This document shows positions 43,583 through 57,012 of a DNA stretch of 64,000 bases, piece by piece. Position numbers and translations under genes: made by a program. This DNA is from Octopus vulgaris. Taxonomy: Eukaryota. Positions within the stretch are counted from its first letter, which is position 1. Every line of letters starts with the position of its first letter. The stretch covers positions 66,588,001-66,652,000 of the forward strand of contig OX597826.1 in assembly GCA_951406725.2 (NCBI GenBank), given 5' to 3'. A model generated the notes under the pieces. That model searched no databases and was not told where the DNA came from. It worked only from the letters and a program-made list of their open reading frames with translations.

Positions 43583-44139
43583 ATGTACATATGTATACCC
43601 ATATACATATATTGTACGTATAAGCAGCTGCTTATATTCAAATTTACTGATGAACTATGCTGGCGACTGCAACTCTTTCTTATTAGCTTAAAACTTGCAG
43701 TGGTCACGGTGGGAGAGGTTTTTAGGCATCTAGAAGGATTTTGGTCTCAGACCGAAGAGAACCCTATCAGATATTTTTTTTTATGTAATCCTTACACGCT
43801 TCAATCTTGAACTAACCCATTAAATGGAGTGTGCTAGCGTAAACTGGGCTCCGAATCCAGCGATTTAGTTTCCCTTATAGATCGCTACGCATAGTTTATT
43901 TATCCAATTATCGAACCGCTAGGTGTCGGGGCATGAAAGAGCAAACATAAGCAAACACTACGTGTTCGCACATAAACGCACGCACGGATGATGAGACACA
44001 CCCATAGGAAGACCCTAAAACACGCAAACACAGCCTTGTGGAGAGCTCATAGGTTTCAATTAGTTGGTTACCCAAGGCGTGTCTCTAGGGATTATAATTC
44101 CCTGGGACAAACATTCTGAATAAATTATTCTTTTGTTCC

Positions 44140-44352
44140 TTTGTTTTTATTCTTTTACTTGTTTCAGTTATTTGACTGCGGCCATTCTTTGTAAGCCTAG
44201 TACTTATTCTATCGGTCTCCTTTACCGAACATCTAAGTTTCGGGGATCAAACATACCAATGCATACATATATACATACATACATACATACATACATACAC
44301 AAACACACGCATATACATACATATATACATATACATATACATATACATACAT

Positions 44353-44410
<58 letters not shown>

Positions 44411-44617
44411 GACGGGCTTCTTTCATCTTTCGTCAGTCAATTCCACTCACAAAGCTTTGCTTGGCCAGAGGCTATAGTAGGAGACACCTGCCCAAGGTGC
44501 CACGCAGTGGGATTCAACCTGGAACCATGTGGTTGGGAAGCAAGCTTCTTACCACACAGTCACTCCTGCACCTCCACACAGCCGCTCCTGTGCCTCCACA
44601 CAGGCGCTCCTGTGCCT
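44140..44617 (-). mobile_element. SINE family A with triplicated 22-nt head end
   Basis: CCACACAG.C.CTCCTG..CCT occurs three times at 44553-44617. Confidence 0.8.
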
Positions 44618-45608
44618 TTGAAAAATAATTATTGAAATAATCCTGGAAAGCAAGAGAATGGAAGAGAGAATATCACAGAATAAATAAAAGACATGAAGTG
44701 TAAAAAAAAAGAAAAAAAAAGATGTTATTAAAAGAAGTGAGATGGCTTACTGGCATAAAATGGCAGCAGTTGCTTACATACTTATTATCATGTAATGGAG
44801 AGGCGGTGAGAGGTCGCTAACAGAATGTATTCGATGTTGGGTAAGGTCTGAAAAAGGGGTTACTTAAGTTCTCGCTAAAGTACATATATCTATTATATCG
44901 GGAATCACTCGGCGGGTTATATATTAGTGTCCTGTTACGATAGACTATAATTAATGCATCATTTAGATGTGTGCTGGAATTTCAATTAAAGAGCTTATAT
45001 TTCAAAAATGAAAAGGAGTTGAAAGACATTGGATGATATTTTTATGTAGTCTAGGTTTCGTTAACGTTGTCTATTAATCTCGTCATGAATCGAAAATAAA
45101 AGAGTGGTTAATAAATATATTATGTTTCCTGTGACAAGTATACAGTAATTATTTTTATACAGTAATTAATTCATCGTAAGTGATCCTTTAGCTGACCTCG
45201 CCTACATCAAATACATTCTGTAAGCGACCCTTTGTCGCGTCTCTTTTACATAATTAAAAACACTGGAGCGACTCCTGCCATTTGACGAGAGTACTTGGAC
45301 GCGTAAACAATCCTCACTTCCTTTTTTTTTCTTTTAGCTTTTTTTACGCTTAATGACATTCATCCATGTTGATGATATTCACTTCACAGTCCTCTCACTT
45401 TCATAAAATAATTAACTTATTTCTTTGCTTCTATTTTCAGCGTATAGGACACACTCTCACGTAAAACGCACCCTTATTTCACAAGCATATTTTGTGCAAA
45501 TAAAACGAAAGATTACCGCGTAACGTATCGAGAGAGGTTTTATTTAAATGGTTCTTTAAGGGAGAATGTATGATTCTTTGCACGTAAATACAATGTTGTA
45601 ACACTATA

Positions 45609-46891
45609 CTATCAGGCGAGTAAGAAGTAAGCAACGTTTTGAAACATGAAATTCATCACAATATATTTCAACGATGCGAAAATTTTATTTATAAGTGTAA
45701 TTATCATTACAATCAACACGTTTTCGCTAACGAGTTACAAGTTTGTTTATTCTGGCAACATAAAAATCTGGAGTTCTGGAGTTGATGAACTCTTTGAAAG
45801 CACTTTCAGCATTGGTTTGATTTTTGAACTTCTTCTCTCGCAGGAAACCATCAAGGTGCTTGAAAAAGTGGTTTGTCGGTAGGAGAAAGGTTTGGGGGAA
45901 TAAGCTGGGGAAGAACGTTGTAGTCATGTTCCCTCAACTTCTGGAGCGTCATTTGTGAAACGTGTGCTCAAGCACTGTCATGAAGAATGATTGGTCCTCT
46001 TCTGTTGACCAGTCTGGGGAATTGAGTATTAGCAGTTTTTCGTTCATTTTGGCAATTTCATGGCAATGTTTCTGCAGTAATTGTTTTTCCGGGTTTTAAG
46101 AAGTTATAGTATATGCGTCTAGCAGTACACCACCAAACAGTCACCATAACCTTCTTTTTGAAGAGCTCGGGTTTAGGGAACGTTTTCTGTGCTTCATTTT
46201 GATCCAACCACTGGGAAGGACGTTTTTGTATTATTGTACAGAGTTTTCATCGGAAGTTACAATATGGTCGAGAAATGGATCAGTCTGGTTACGGAGAAGA
46301 AGCGACGTGCAAATTTCTTATCTGCGTATTTTTCTAATTTTCATTCAAATCGTGTGGTACCCATTTGTCAGGCTTTTTTGATTTTCCGATCGCATGCAAA
46401 TGGTTGCAGGCAGTTTCATGGCTAACTTGGAGTTATTTTGCAAGTTCTCGAGTGATTTTACGTGGATTTTTCTCAGTGACGGTCAATAATTGACCGTCAT
46501 CGATGAAAGATGGGCGTCCACTACGCTCACGATCTTCGGGGCTCAGTTCTCCACTGCGAAATCGTTTAAACCATTTTCGTTCTGACCACTCACTGGTCAA
46601 TCCCTCACCAAATGTTTCATTGACATCGCGAGCAGTTTCAGCTGCTTTACGTCCTTTTTTGAAGTTGAATAGCAAAATTGCTCGAATATCGCGCTTTGAC
46701 AGTTCCATTTTAAATGATTGTAACAACGGTAAAAAATATCAATATTAATTTATTGATGCATTTGGGCAAGTCTATGTCTGTATCATCAGACAATTGCAAA
46801 ACAAATGTTTAAAAAAATTCAAGACTGAAAAAATCCGGTATAAATTTTTCATGGTTCAAAACATTGCTTACTTTTTTACTCAACCTGATAG
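45609..46891 (-). mobile_element. Full-length (~1.28 kb) decayed mariner transposon
   Basis: TIRs CTATCAGGCGAGTAAGAAGTAAGCAACGTTTTGAA / TTCAAAACATTGCTTACTTTTTTACTCAACCTGATAG; TA on the left flank. Confidence 0.92.
45700..46708 (-). pseudogene. Mariner transposase pseudogene
   Basis: MELSKRDIRAILLFNFKKG..WFKRFRSG..RSGRP, WVPHDL, IVTSDE, ILHDSA and YSP..SPTD motifs, broken by frameshifts and stops. Confidence 0.92.
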
Positions 46892-47089
46892 CATAAAGTA
46901 TAAGACTATAAATTTATCATAAGTAAACTACGTTACACGAGCACCATACTTTAGTGTTATCCTCTTTCAGATCAACTACATAGTTATTTAAAAAAAAAAT
47001 TTTTCTAGTTTCAGCTCAGAGCTGCGGCTATGCTGATGCACCGCCGTTTATGTATATATTTGGTCAAGAAATTGGCATCAATTAATTCC

Positions 47090-47440
47090 TGTTATCTTTG
47101 CCGGCGGCAAAATGCATACTAGCACGAGACAGTTGCCTCCATACTGTTCGATCTTTGGCAATGGCATTCAGAGAAAATTATGTCAAAACCTATCCATGCT
47201 GTGATGTCATCTCTCCATCTCTTAGGTTGCTGATCTCTATTTCTCTTTCCATTAATCTTGCCCTCTGAACAGATCTTGCTGACGCCACAAACCTTTCGCT
47301 TACTGTGACCAAGCAGTTTGAGAACATTATTTTTGATGATTGCGGTGATTGTTGGAAATTGGATTATTTGTCTCATATTTTCGATTCTGACATGGTCTGG
47401 GAGTCTGGTGTTAGTAGTTAGTCGCATTACATGATTCTGC
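47090..47440 (-). mobile_element. RTE-like LINE 3' fragment
   Basis: ORF 47119-47427 LKLLGH..EGKINGKRNRDQQPKRWRDDITAW resembles the RTE C-terminal GKRxRGRPxxRWxDDI. Confidence 0.75.
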
Positions 47441-48666
47441 CATACAGTATGTAAAATTCGTATTTCTGGCTATTATGCTTTGTGTTAACGCGATCGTCCA
47501 CTAGGGTGGTGCACCACTGCTCTGATTTTACTGTCATCCACTCGCTGCAAATAGCTGACAGCATCGGAAAATTTTTCATTTAAATACTGGAAAGAAAACT
47601 GTTTCTTAAAGGTGACATTCTCATTAAATAATGTGAGACACACTAATAGGTCTGGCTTATATATACGGGAGCAACAATGTAACGAGATTATGTGACGTCA
47701 GCACATAACTGCCAGAGTATCGAAAGCCGTCTTAAGTTTGTGCTAACAGTTTATGAGAGTTCAGATTATTTTCAATATTTTATTAGCGACAATTAATGTG
47801 CTTAGTGGGATTATCCTTATCCGGCTCCCTAGCCTACAACAGTCAGTCCTTCATCAGTAATATGGCTGCATTAGACATAGGGGAAATCTTTTGATACGTT
47901 TAAAAGAAAATGTTTCTTATACGCCGGTAAATATGGTAAGTCCTACACACAAGGCTATTCGGGTACTAACTACTGAGAGCTTACGCGAATAATCGAAACA
48001 AGCGAGTTCTCTGTAGTGTTTGATTTCGTCTCTCTCTCCCTCCCTCCTTCCCTCTCTCCATCTTTCTTCCTCTCCCCATCCCCTCCCTCTCCCTCTCCAT
48101 AGAGCCGTGTTGCTCGTTCGAAAGGGTTTTGTGGCGTGAATGAAAATTTGAGAATGTATTTGTAGTATTTGTGGCTAGATGGAGGAAGGAGAGATGTGTA
48201 TGAATAGAAAGAGGAGATAGGCCAAATTTAAAACTGGAAGAGAAAATGAGAGGAAGAAAGAAAGGAAAAGAAGAAAGAGACAGAAAAACAAAGAGTGAAA
48301 AAGTGAAGGGTGAAAGAAATGAGAAAGGGAGTGATAGATGGTGGTCAAGATAATGTGATGGGCGTGGGGGAGGGATAGGATGAGATGAGAAGGTAAGGAG
48401 TAAAATAATGTGAGATATGTGAGTAGGGGTGATATGACAGGGTTGCATACCTTGAAATGACTAAACATAAACTGTTATTGGAACTTATATATCATGCACA
48501 GGAAACTTTTTTTTACCACTTCTAGACACCATTTTCCTCGAATAATGGAACTACCACTACAATTTCTTTATGCATCTTATTTCTACTTTCATTCACTTAA
48601 TTCTCTCTATATTCCCTATCTCTTCCTTTTCCACAGTAATTCGAACTCAAATATTTTCTCACACCC

Positions 48667-48712
48667 TCTCTGATGAGGGGATATCTGTAATATCCCAGAA
48701 ACAGCTGTAAGA
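48667..48712 (+). ncRNA. Minimal type-I hammerhead ribozyme
   Basis: UCU-CUGAUGA-G-GGGAUAU-CUGUA-AUAUCCC-A-GAAAC-AGCU-GUA-AGA. Confidence 0.85.
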
Positions 48713-49271
48713 CTCATAAGGGACAGCAGTAAGATGGGTCGAAACGACCGTTGTACAAAATCCATCGTCTGGTTACTTAAAAAATAACAATACACACACA
48801 CACACACACACACGTCATCTAAAACAGAGAAGTAAAGGAGATTGTCCTGATATGTTTCACAGTTTACTGACGATTCCTCAGAGGTGAAGAACCCCATCAT
48901 TTCTCTACTCAACGGAGATAGATAGATTTAATTCGAAAGCACGCTAGAACTTATCTAGAATGACAAGACAAATTAGTTTAACTGCTTTAAATTGATCTTG
49001 TAATTTTTCTTATATACACAATCTGCTGTGCATAAATATTTATTAATTATTTAATCACTTTGTCGACGTACGCATATCATACCGTCAATTAGTCTACCAA
49101 TTTTACAGGTAACTTCTAGTCTACATTTGATTTACATTTCAATTTGCTTACAGTTTTGTACGTTGGGGGTGAGGACTGAGGGCGACGAGGTGGAGCAGTA
49201 TTCTTCTGATGCAGGATCCAAAAAACGGTGAAGTATGCCAGGGTTTCTCCTATATTTTCTTCTTCTTCTCC

Positions 49272-49303
<32 letters not shown>

Positions 49304-50864
49304 CTTCTTCTTCTTCTTCTTCTTCTTCTTCTTCTTCTTCTTCTTCTTCTTCTTCTTCTTCTTCTTCTTCTTCTTCTTCTTCTTCTTCTTCTTCTTCTTC
49401 TTCTTCTTCTTCTTCTTCTCCTCCTCCTCCTCCTCCTCCTTATGTATACATATGTGTATATATTTTCGTCTGATGCTATATATGTCTAAAATGTTTCTGT
49501 GTTTCTGGGACAAAAGGCAACAACAGAAGCAGCAGCAGCAGCAGCAACAGAAACAACAACAACAACAACAACAACAATAACAACATCAACAACAACGAGA
49601 AGGAAACGGGGATACAAGGTAATTAAATTTATGCTGTGAGGAAGTGACAGATAATTCTACATTTCAGACTGAAGAATTTTGTCAAGGAAAATCAAAAGAA
49701 TAACAAAACGGAGAAATAATAGAAAAAAAAAAGGGGGGTAAGGTAGAAATTCTGTGAAAGCAATGTTTACGATAGAATCCATATGGTGAAATAGAATAAA
49801 ATAACGGAAGTGAGTTGGGCGGAATGGTGTTTCTCAGACAAAAGAGTGTTAGAGCTAAGGGAGATAAATTATGAGACTATTGTCAGTATGCGTATCTATG
49901 TGTATATCCAGGTATGTAAGTATACGCGTATGTATATTTATGTTCAAATGTGCTTGCGTATGTGGGGAAGTATATGCCATAGTGTGTTCGTATATTCTAT
50001 TGTGTTGGTGTGTATGTTCTGTTGTGCAGGTTGTGTAGATAAGGCGTAAAGTTATCTATGTTTGTAAAGTAGTGTAATGTGTATGTTTGATGTTTGAGTC
50101 TATGAACACACATGCACACATACACACACATTTTTCGTCGAGTATACACGAGGACGTGGGAGTATTAAGGTAGGAGAGGTTTTGTAACTGAACGAAAACA
50201 AGGAAATTATTAATTTCAGGTGGGTGGGCTGTGTTTAGATTGATAGTGAGTTGATGTTCGCGGTGCAAACAAGGAAGGAAATGATCCGTGGCGTAAAATA
50301 ACATCGCTAACGGCGCGTTGCATGATGATGTGGCTAAGAAAGGAGAAATAAAGGGATGAGGTACAGGTCGGAGTGATCTGGTGTTATCACGTTGCATGTC
50401 TAAAACATACTCGCTAAAACAATACATCATGTTCGACCTGTCTCACTAATATAGAGTAGGCCATAAAGATGCCGTTTTATGAAACCTTTTGGCTATCGCA
50501 TTAGCATACAGAGACGCGGATCTCTGGATTATGCCTGAAAAACGAAAAGAAAAATTATAGTTCATCCATATCTCATTCCAGCGTAATCATTGAGTTATAC
50601 TTAAAAAAGACATGTTTTGCCAGTTGTGCTTGTGAATGTTTTTGTATGTATACTTGTTCGCATGTCTATCTGTCAGTCTGTCTGTCTGTCTGTCTGTCTG
50701 TCTATATATGTATGTATGTATCTATTTATCTAACTAACCATCTGTCTGTCTATGTCTGTCTGTCTGTCTGTCAATGTATCTATTTATCTAACTAACCATC
50801 TGTCTGTCTATGTCTGTCTGTCTGTCTGTCAATCTATCTAACTATCTTTATCTATATCTATATC

Positions 50865-50906
<42 letters not shown>

Positions 50907-50996
50907 AGTCTCTCTCTCTATCTATCTATATGTCTACCTATTTCTCTCTCTCTCTTTCTGTCTCTCTCTCTCTCCATATATATATATATATATATA

Positions 50997-51410
50997 TTCT
51001 CCTACTTGTTTCAGTCATTAGACTGCGACCATGCTGTAGCACCAACTTTAGACGAACACATCCACCTCAGCACTTATTCTTTGTAAGCCTAGTACTTATT
51101 CTATCGGCCTCTTTTACCGAACGGCTAAGTTACGGGGACATAAACATACCAACATCGGTTGTAAAGCGATTATGGGCTGGTAAACAGAGACCCATACACA
51201 AATGCACACAGACAAACAGCCAGCCAGACAGATACATACACATATATGACAGGCTTCTTTCAGTTTCCGTCTGCCAAATCCACTCTCAAGGCTTTGGTCG
51301 GCCCGATGCTATAGTAGAAGACACTTGCCCAAAGTGCCATGCAGTGGGACTTAACCCGGAACCATGTGGTTGGGAAGCAAGCTTTTTACCACACAGCCAC
51401 TCTTGCGCCT
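50997..51410 (-). mobile_element. SINE family A
   Basis: Matches the family A consensus. Confidence 0.88.
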
Positions 51411-51697
51411 ATATGTATATATAATGTAATTGTGGGTTATTAAAGAAACCAATGGTTTTATGTGAATAAATCTTCACAAATATGTGAATAAATCTTCACA
51501 TGGAAGAGTTGGCACTCGTCTTTATCTTCGATTAATTGTTGCAATGTTCAAAATTAACTGATGGAATATTCCAAAACCCATCGGTATGCAACCAGTAGAT
51601 GAATGCATATAGTCATTACCGTAATACCGGCTTCCTTCGTCAGGAGGGAAATATTGCAGAACTTTTGACTCAACATAATATACTATGATATAAGATG

Positions 51698-51732
<35 letters not shown>

Positions 51733-52104
51733 TACACACATATATACACATAGATTTATATATGCATGTATTATATACACAAAAACAACAACAAACAAAA
51801 AAACGCTACTCCATCTTCCCCATACATAAACAAACTCCAAAAATCTAGAATATTCGAAATATTTGTAAAATGCTGCAGATAAAAAATATTAAGAAAATAA
51901 TTGGGGAAAAACAAAAGAAAGAAACCGATGCAAATAAATAAATAGACAAAAGATGAGTGAAATGAAAAAATACGATGAAGAATAGTTTGCAACGAAAGTT
52001 AACATCAATCCTGTTGATCGATCGAAGTCAATGAAATAATTAAGAAGTGATCGATTTTTCACTTTTTTTATAAAATATATTCAAATTACAGTTAACATAG
52101 AAAG

Positions 52105-52142
<38 letters not shown>

Positions 52143-52313
52143 GGAGAGAGAGAGAGGTTGAAAGAGAGAGTATGTGAGACTGACAGAGAAAAAGACAAAG
52201 AGAGAATGTGTGTGTTTTTGTGTGACGAAGAAGAAAATTAGATAGAGAAAAGAAATATAGAAAAATACAAAGAGGAGAGTTAGAGGTGAAGATAAACATA
52301 CAGACAGATAGCT

Positions 52314-52366
<53 letters not shown>

Positions 52367-52621
52367 AAAAGATGGTGGACACACAGAGGGAGAAATGTCG
52401 AATAGTCATGTGGAGATAGCAGAGAGCACACACACACACTAACACACACTCACATGTATGTTGTATGTATCTCTCATCCTCCCTCAATGCGTGTGTATGT
52501 GTATATATGCATACACATATATGCATATATATATGTGTATATATATGCATATATATATGTGTGTGAATATATATGTATATATATATGTATATATATATAT
52601 ATATATATATACATACATACA

Positions 52622-52657
<36 letters not shown>

Positions 52658-52914
52658 TGTATATATGTATATGAATATCTACATCTATCCTAACTCCCTG
52701 TCTGTCTGTCTCTCTCTATACATATAAATACACACACACTCACATGCATGTATACATACACACACATATATGTGCATATACAGAAACAGAGAGAGTGAAA
52801 GAGAGAGAGAGAGAGAGACAGAGAGAGAGATAGAGGGAGAGAGTGGGGAAGAGATATAACTGTACAAATGGGTACAATTCACTATTAATAATGCATGCAT
52901 GCACTTTCAACCGC

Positions 52915-52952
<38 letters not shown>

Positions 52953-53055
52953 GCACGTAAATCTTTGAGTGTGTGTGCGCGAGTGTTTGGATATATAGAT
53001 ACTTTGCGGTTCGTTATTTTACAACAACAACAACAACACGTACTACTACAACTAT

Positions 53056-53133
<78 letters not shown>

Positions 53134-53293
53134 ATCTTGTTTCTTCATTAATATTTTGTTTGTTGCAACAATCTATCTACCTACCAATCTATCACACAAA
53201 ACGTACCTACCTACCTACCTACCAAACTACCTACCTACAAACCTACCTATCAACCTACCTACCAACCTACCTATCAACCTACCTACCATCTAC

Positions 53294-53361
<68 letters not shown>

Positions 53362-53362
<1 letters not shown>

Positions 53363-53822
53363 GTTTTAAAAAAAGATGGGTGAATGTAGCAAGAATGGCA
53401 CGTATGAATGACGAAGCCACCTTGAGCATAGTCCTATGAACCCAGAAATCGAAAACAGAGAGTTGCTTATTTGCAAAAAAAAAAAAAAAAAAAAAAATAT
53501 AAAATGTGACATCATTGACCGAGGTTACCGTGGTCTTTTCCGTAGGCTTTTCTTTGCACGGGTAAACCTCACCTGTCCTCCCCTTTACACTTCATATTGA
53601 CATTTCTGTGATAACGATCCCTATTGATCAATTTTTTTTCCTCCCCCCTTTTTTTTTAAACCCCCCTTTTTTTTGTCCTCTTTCTCTCCTTTTACGATCC
53701 CTTTTGATCGAAACTCCCCCTTCCTTTTTTTTTTTTTTTTTTTTTTCTTAAACCTTCAAAAGAAAAGCTCTACCTTGTAATTTGTTCTATCTGTGTGCAG
53801 CCCTGTGTGGCTAATAAAGAAA
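53362..53822 (+). mobile_element. 5'-truncated LINE 3' end (Tx1/L1-like), ORF end plus 3' UTR, inside (TCTA)n
   Basis: KKRWVNVARMARMNDEATLSIVL*, then a pyrimidine-rich UTR ending AATAAAGAAA; TCTA repeats on both sides. Clade assignment is tentative. Confidence 0.55.
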
Positions 53823-53944
53823 CATATCTATCTATCTACCTACCTACCTAACCACCCAACCAACCAACCAATCACCCACACACCTACCTAGCTATCTACT
53901 TCTCTCTCCCCCTCTCTCTCTCTCGCTTTCTCTGTCTATCTATG

Positions 53945-54020
<76 letters not shown>

Positions 54021-54126
54021 AATCTATCTACCTACCTACCTACCTAACCACCCAACCAACCAACCAATCACCCACACCCCTACCTAGCTATCTACTTCTC
54101 TCTCCCTCTCTCTCTCGCTCACTTTC

Positions 54127-54193
<67 letters not shown>

Positions 54194-54619
54194 GTCTATC
54201 TATCTATCTATCTATCTATATAACGTTTTTTTTATTCTTATACTCATTCTTTCTTGTGTTGGTTAAACTTGTTATATCTCTGCCACCCCCACACTTAACA
54301 ACTAACCCCTTCAACATGACCCCCATCACTAACACCTCCAATATCACCACCACCACCACCACCACCACCCATCACACCCTCAAGCATCACACATGCCACG
54401 TGTACAATCCCAATCCCGTACATACGCATATACATACGTAAGATTGAAAGATCCCGATGATAAACACATGTATACACACACATACACACATATATATATG
54501 CGTGTGTATACATATATATACACACAATATATATATATACACAAACACACACACATGTATGTATGCATGTATGTATGTGCGTGTGCGTATGTTCATATAT
54601 ATATATGTGTGTGTATGAT

Positions 54620-54650
<31 letters not shown>

Positions 54651-55007
54651 CATATATAACATATGCATAAATAAACATACACACACACATGTATACTTAT
54701 GGATGCAAGAACGTGCATGTATGCACACGCACATATAGTACGTAATTACATTATAATGGAGATGTGCACATACGCATACACACAATTGCACACACATGTC
54801 ACATAATAAAAGTTCATTATCTAATTAATCCAATTAAGTAATTAAAATAAAATTTCGTCTTCTACACTCTTGCTCCTCCTTCTATATTTCTCCTCTCCCC
54901 CCTTTTCTCTCTTTTATTCCTCTGACCCTCTTTTCTATCCATTACTTTCGCTGTTTTATCTTAATCTTTTTTTCTTCTTTTCTCTTCTATTCTCTTCTGC
55001 TACCACT

Positions 55008-55722
55008 TACACTCACTCATTCACTCACTCACTCACCCACCCACTCACTCACCTACTCACTCACTCACTCACACATTCACTCACTCACTTTCTCACTCAT
55101 TCACACATTCGCTCACTCAGTCGGTTAGTCAGTCACACACGCACTCACTCACTCACTCACTCACTCACTCACTCACTCACTCACTCACTCACTCACTCAC
55201 TCACTCAATCACTCACTCACTCACTCACTCACTCCCTCACTTTCTTGCTCATTCACACATTCGCTCACTCAGTCGGTCAGTCAGTCACACACGCACTCAT
55301 TCTCTCACTCACCCACTCACTCACTCACCCACTCACTCACTCACCCACCCACTCACTCACTCACTCACTCACTCACTCATCATCACTCACTCACTTTCTC
55401 ACTCATTCACACATTCGCTCACTCAGTCGGTTAGTCAGTCACACACGCACTCACTCACTCACTCACTCACTCACTCACTCTCTCAATCACTCATTCACTC
55501 ACTCACTTACTTTCTTGCTCATTCACACATTCGCTCACTCAGTCGGTCAGTCAGTCACACACGCACTCAATCACTCGCTCATTCACCCACTCACTTAATC
55601 ACTCATTCACTCACTCACTCATTCAATCACTCAATCACTCACTCCCTCACTCATTCACTCACTCAACTCACTCATTCACTCACTCATTCACTCACTTTCT
55701 CGCTCATTCACTCACTCATTCT
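55008..55722. repeat. (CACT)n-based minisatellite with higher-order units
   Basis: The ~60-bp unit ..CATTCACACATTCGCTCACTCAGTCGGT.AGTCAGTCACACACGCACTCA occurs four times, alternating between two variants. Confidence 0.85.
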
Positions 55723-56030
55723 TTCTACTCAACTTCCTCCACTACAACTTCTTTCTTTTCTATTCTTTCTCCATTTCAATTCTATTAATCACTCACGATT
55801 TCCCTCTCATAACCACAACCCCACTTCTTCGTCCTCCTCTACTCTCTCTCTCTCTTTCTCTATCTCTCTATATTTCTCATCCACTCTCTTTCTGTCTCTC
55901 TCCAACTCCGTGGATCTCATAATCTCTCTGTTTTTCTCTTGTCCCTTCTTCTAGCTTTCTCTTTTTTTTTCTGTTGATATTCACCCCTTTTCTTTATTAC
56001 TCCTTAGTTCAGGGAAGAAAAGAAATGCAG

Positions 56031-56135
56031 ATTTACATTTTGAGCAAAGCTCTTCGTCAGAAACAGGAGACGGAGGAAAGTCCAAGAGAAATGGAAGACG
56101 GAGGAAAAAATCGTCAACGATCCACATGTGGTTAC
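56031..56135 (-). mobile_element. Family E element with canonical CUGACGA core
   Basis: GUUU-CUGACGA-A-GAGC-UUU-GCUC-AAAA-U-GUA-AAU; the GAAAC side shows CpG-type decay. Confidence 0.65.
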
Positions 56136-56161
56136 ATTTTGTAATTGTGTTAAGTAGCTAG

Positions 56162-56320
56162 AGGCGTAAGAGTGGCTGTATGGTAAGTAGCTTGCTAACG
56201 AACCACATGGTTTCGGGTTCAGTCCCATTGCGTGGCACCTTGGGCAAGTGTCTTCTACTATAGCCTCGGCCAAAGCCTTGTGAGTGGATTTTGTAGACGG
56301 AAACTGAAAGAAGCCCGCCG

Positions 56321-56351
<31 letters not shown>

Positions 56352-56598
56352 GTGTGTGTGTGCGTGCGTGTCTATGTTTGTGTGTCTGTGTTTGCCCCAC
56401 AACATAGCTTGACAACTGATGCTGGCGTGTTTACGTTTCCGTAACTTAGTGGTTCGGCAAAAGCGATCGATGAAATAAGTACTAGGCTTACAAAGAATAA
56501 GTCCTGGGGTCGATTTGGTCGACTAAAGGCGGTGCCCCAACATGGCCACTGTCAAATGACTGAAACAAGTAAAAGAGTAAACGAGAGAGTAAAGAGTA
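56162..56598 (+). mobile_element. SINE family A, full length
   Basis: Matches the family A consensus. Confidence 0.9.
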
Positions 56599-56599
56599 T

Positions 56600-56629
<30 letters not shown>

Positions 56630-56630
<1 letters not shown>

Positions 56631-57012
56631 TAAATCCCAAATAGAACAAACACAAAAAACAATGCGAGGACGTGGTACATGTAATGTATTAGCAGACGCT
56701 CAGGAAAGGAAAGAAAGATGGTTTGATGTTTCGAGCAGACGCTCTTCTTCGGAAACAGTGGTAAGTCCCAAAAAAGGGAAGACGGAGGAAGAAAATCGCC
56801 TGCGATTCACACTTGGTTGTATTATAGTTGAAATTTACAGAGAAACAAAAGATGAAGACACGTGTAGGAAAAAAAAACTGGTGTATTAGTTTGACGCTCG
56901 GGAATGTAAGAAAGTCTTTCACGTTTCGAGCCTATGCTCTTCAACAGAAACAGAAATGAATATGAAGAAATGAACAGAGAGCGAATAAATAAAAGCTTGC
57001 GGATTTTGCGAT

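Larger units (their letters stand above)
45430..47936. mobile_element. pogo/Tc2-like non-autonomous DNA transposon hosting nested insertions
   Basis: Termini CTATTTTCAGCGTATAGGAC / TCTTATACGCCGGTAAATATGG-TA; internal segments are reverse-complementary to 58457-59328. Confidence 0.6.

Noticed and set aside
48720-48756. Second hammerhead (GTC-GAAAC-GACC-GTT-GTAC)
   Set aside because: Only the 3' half is present; there is no intact CUGANGA or stem I partner.
49515-49597. PolyQ-coding exon
   Set aside because: A CAG/CAA microsatellite with no splice or coding context.
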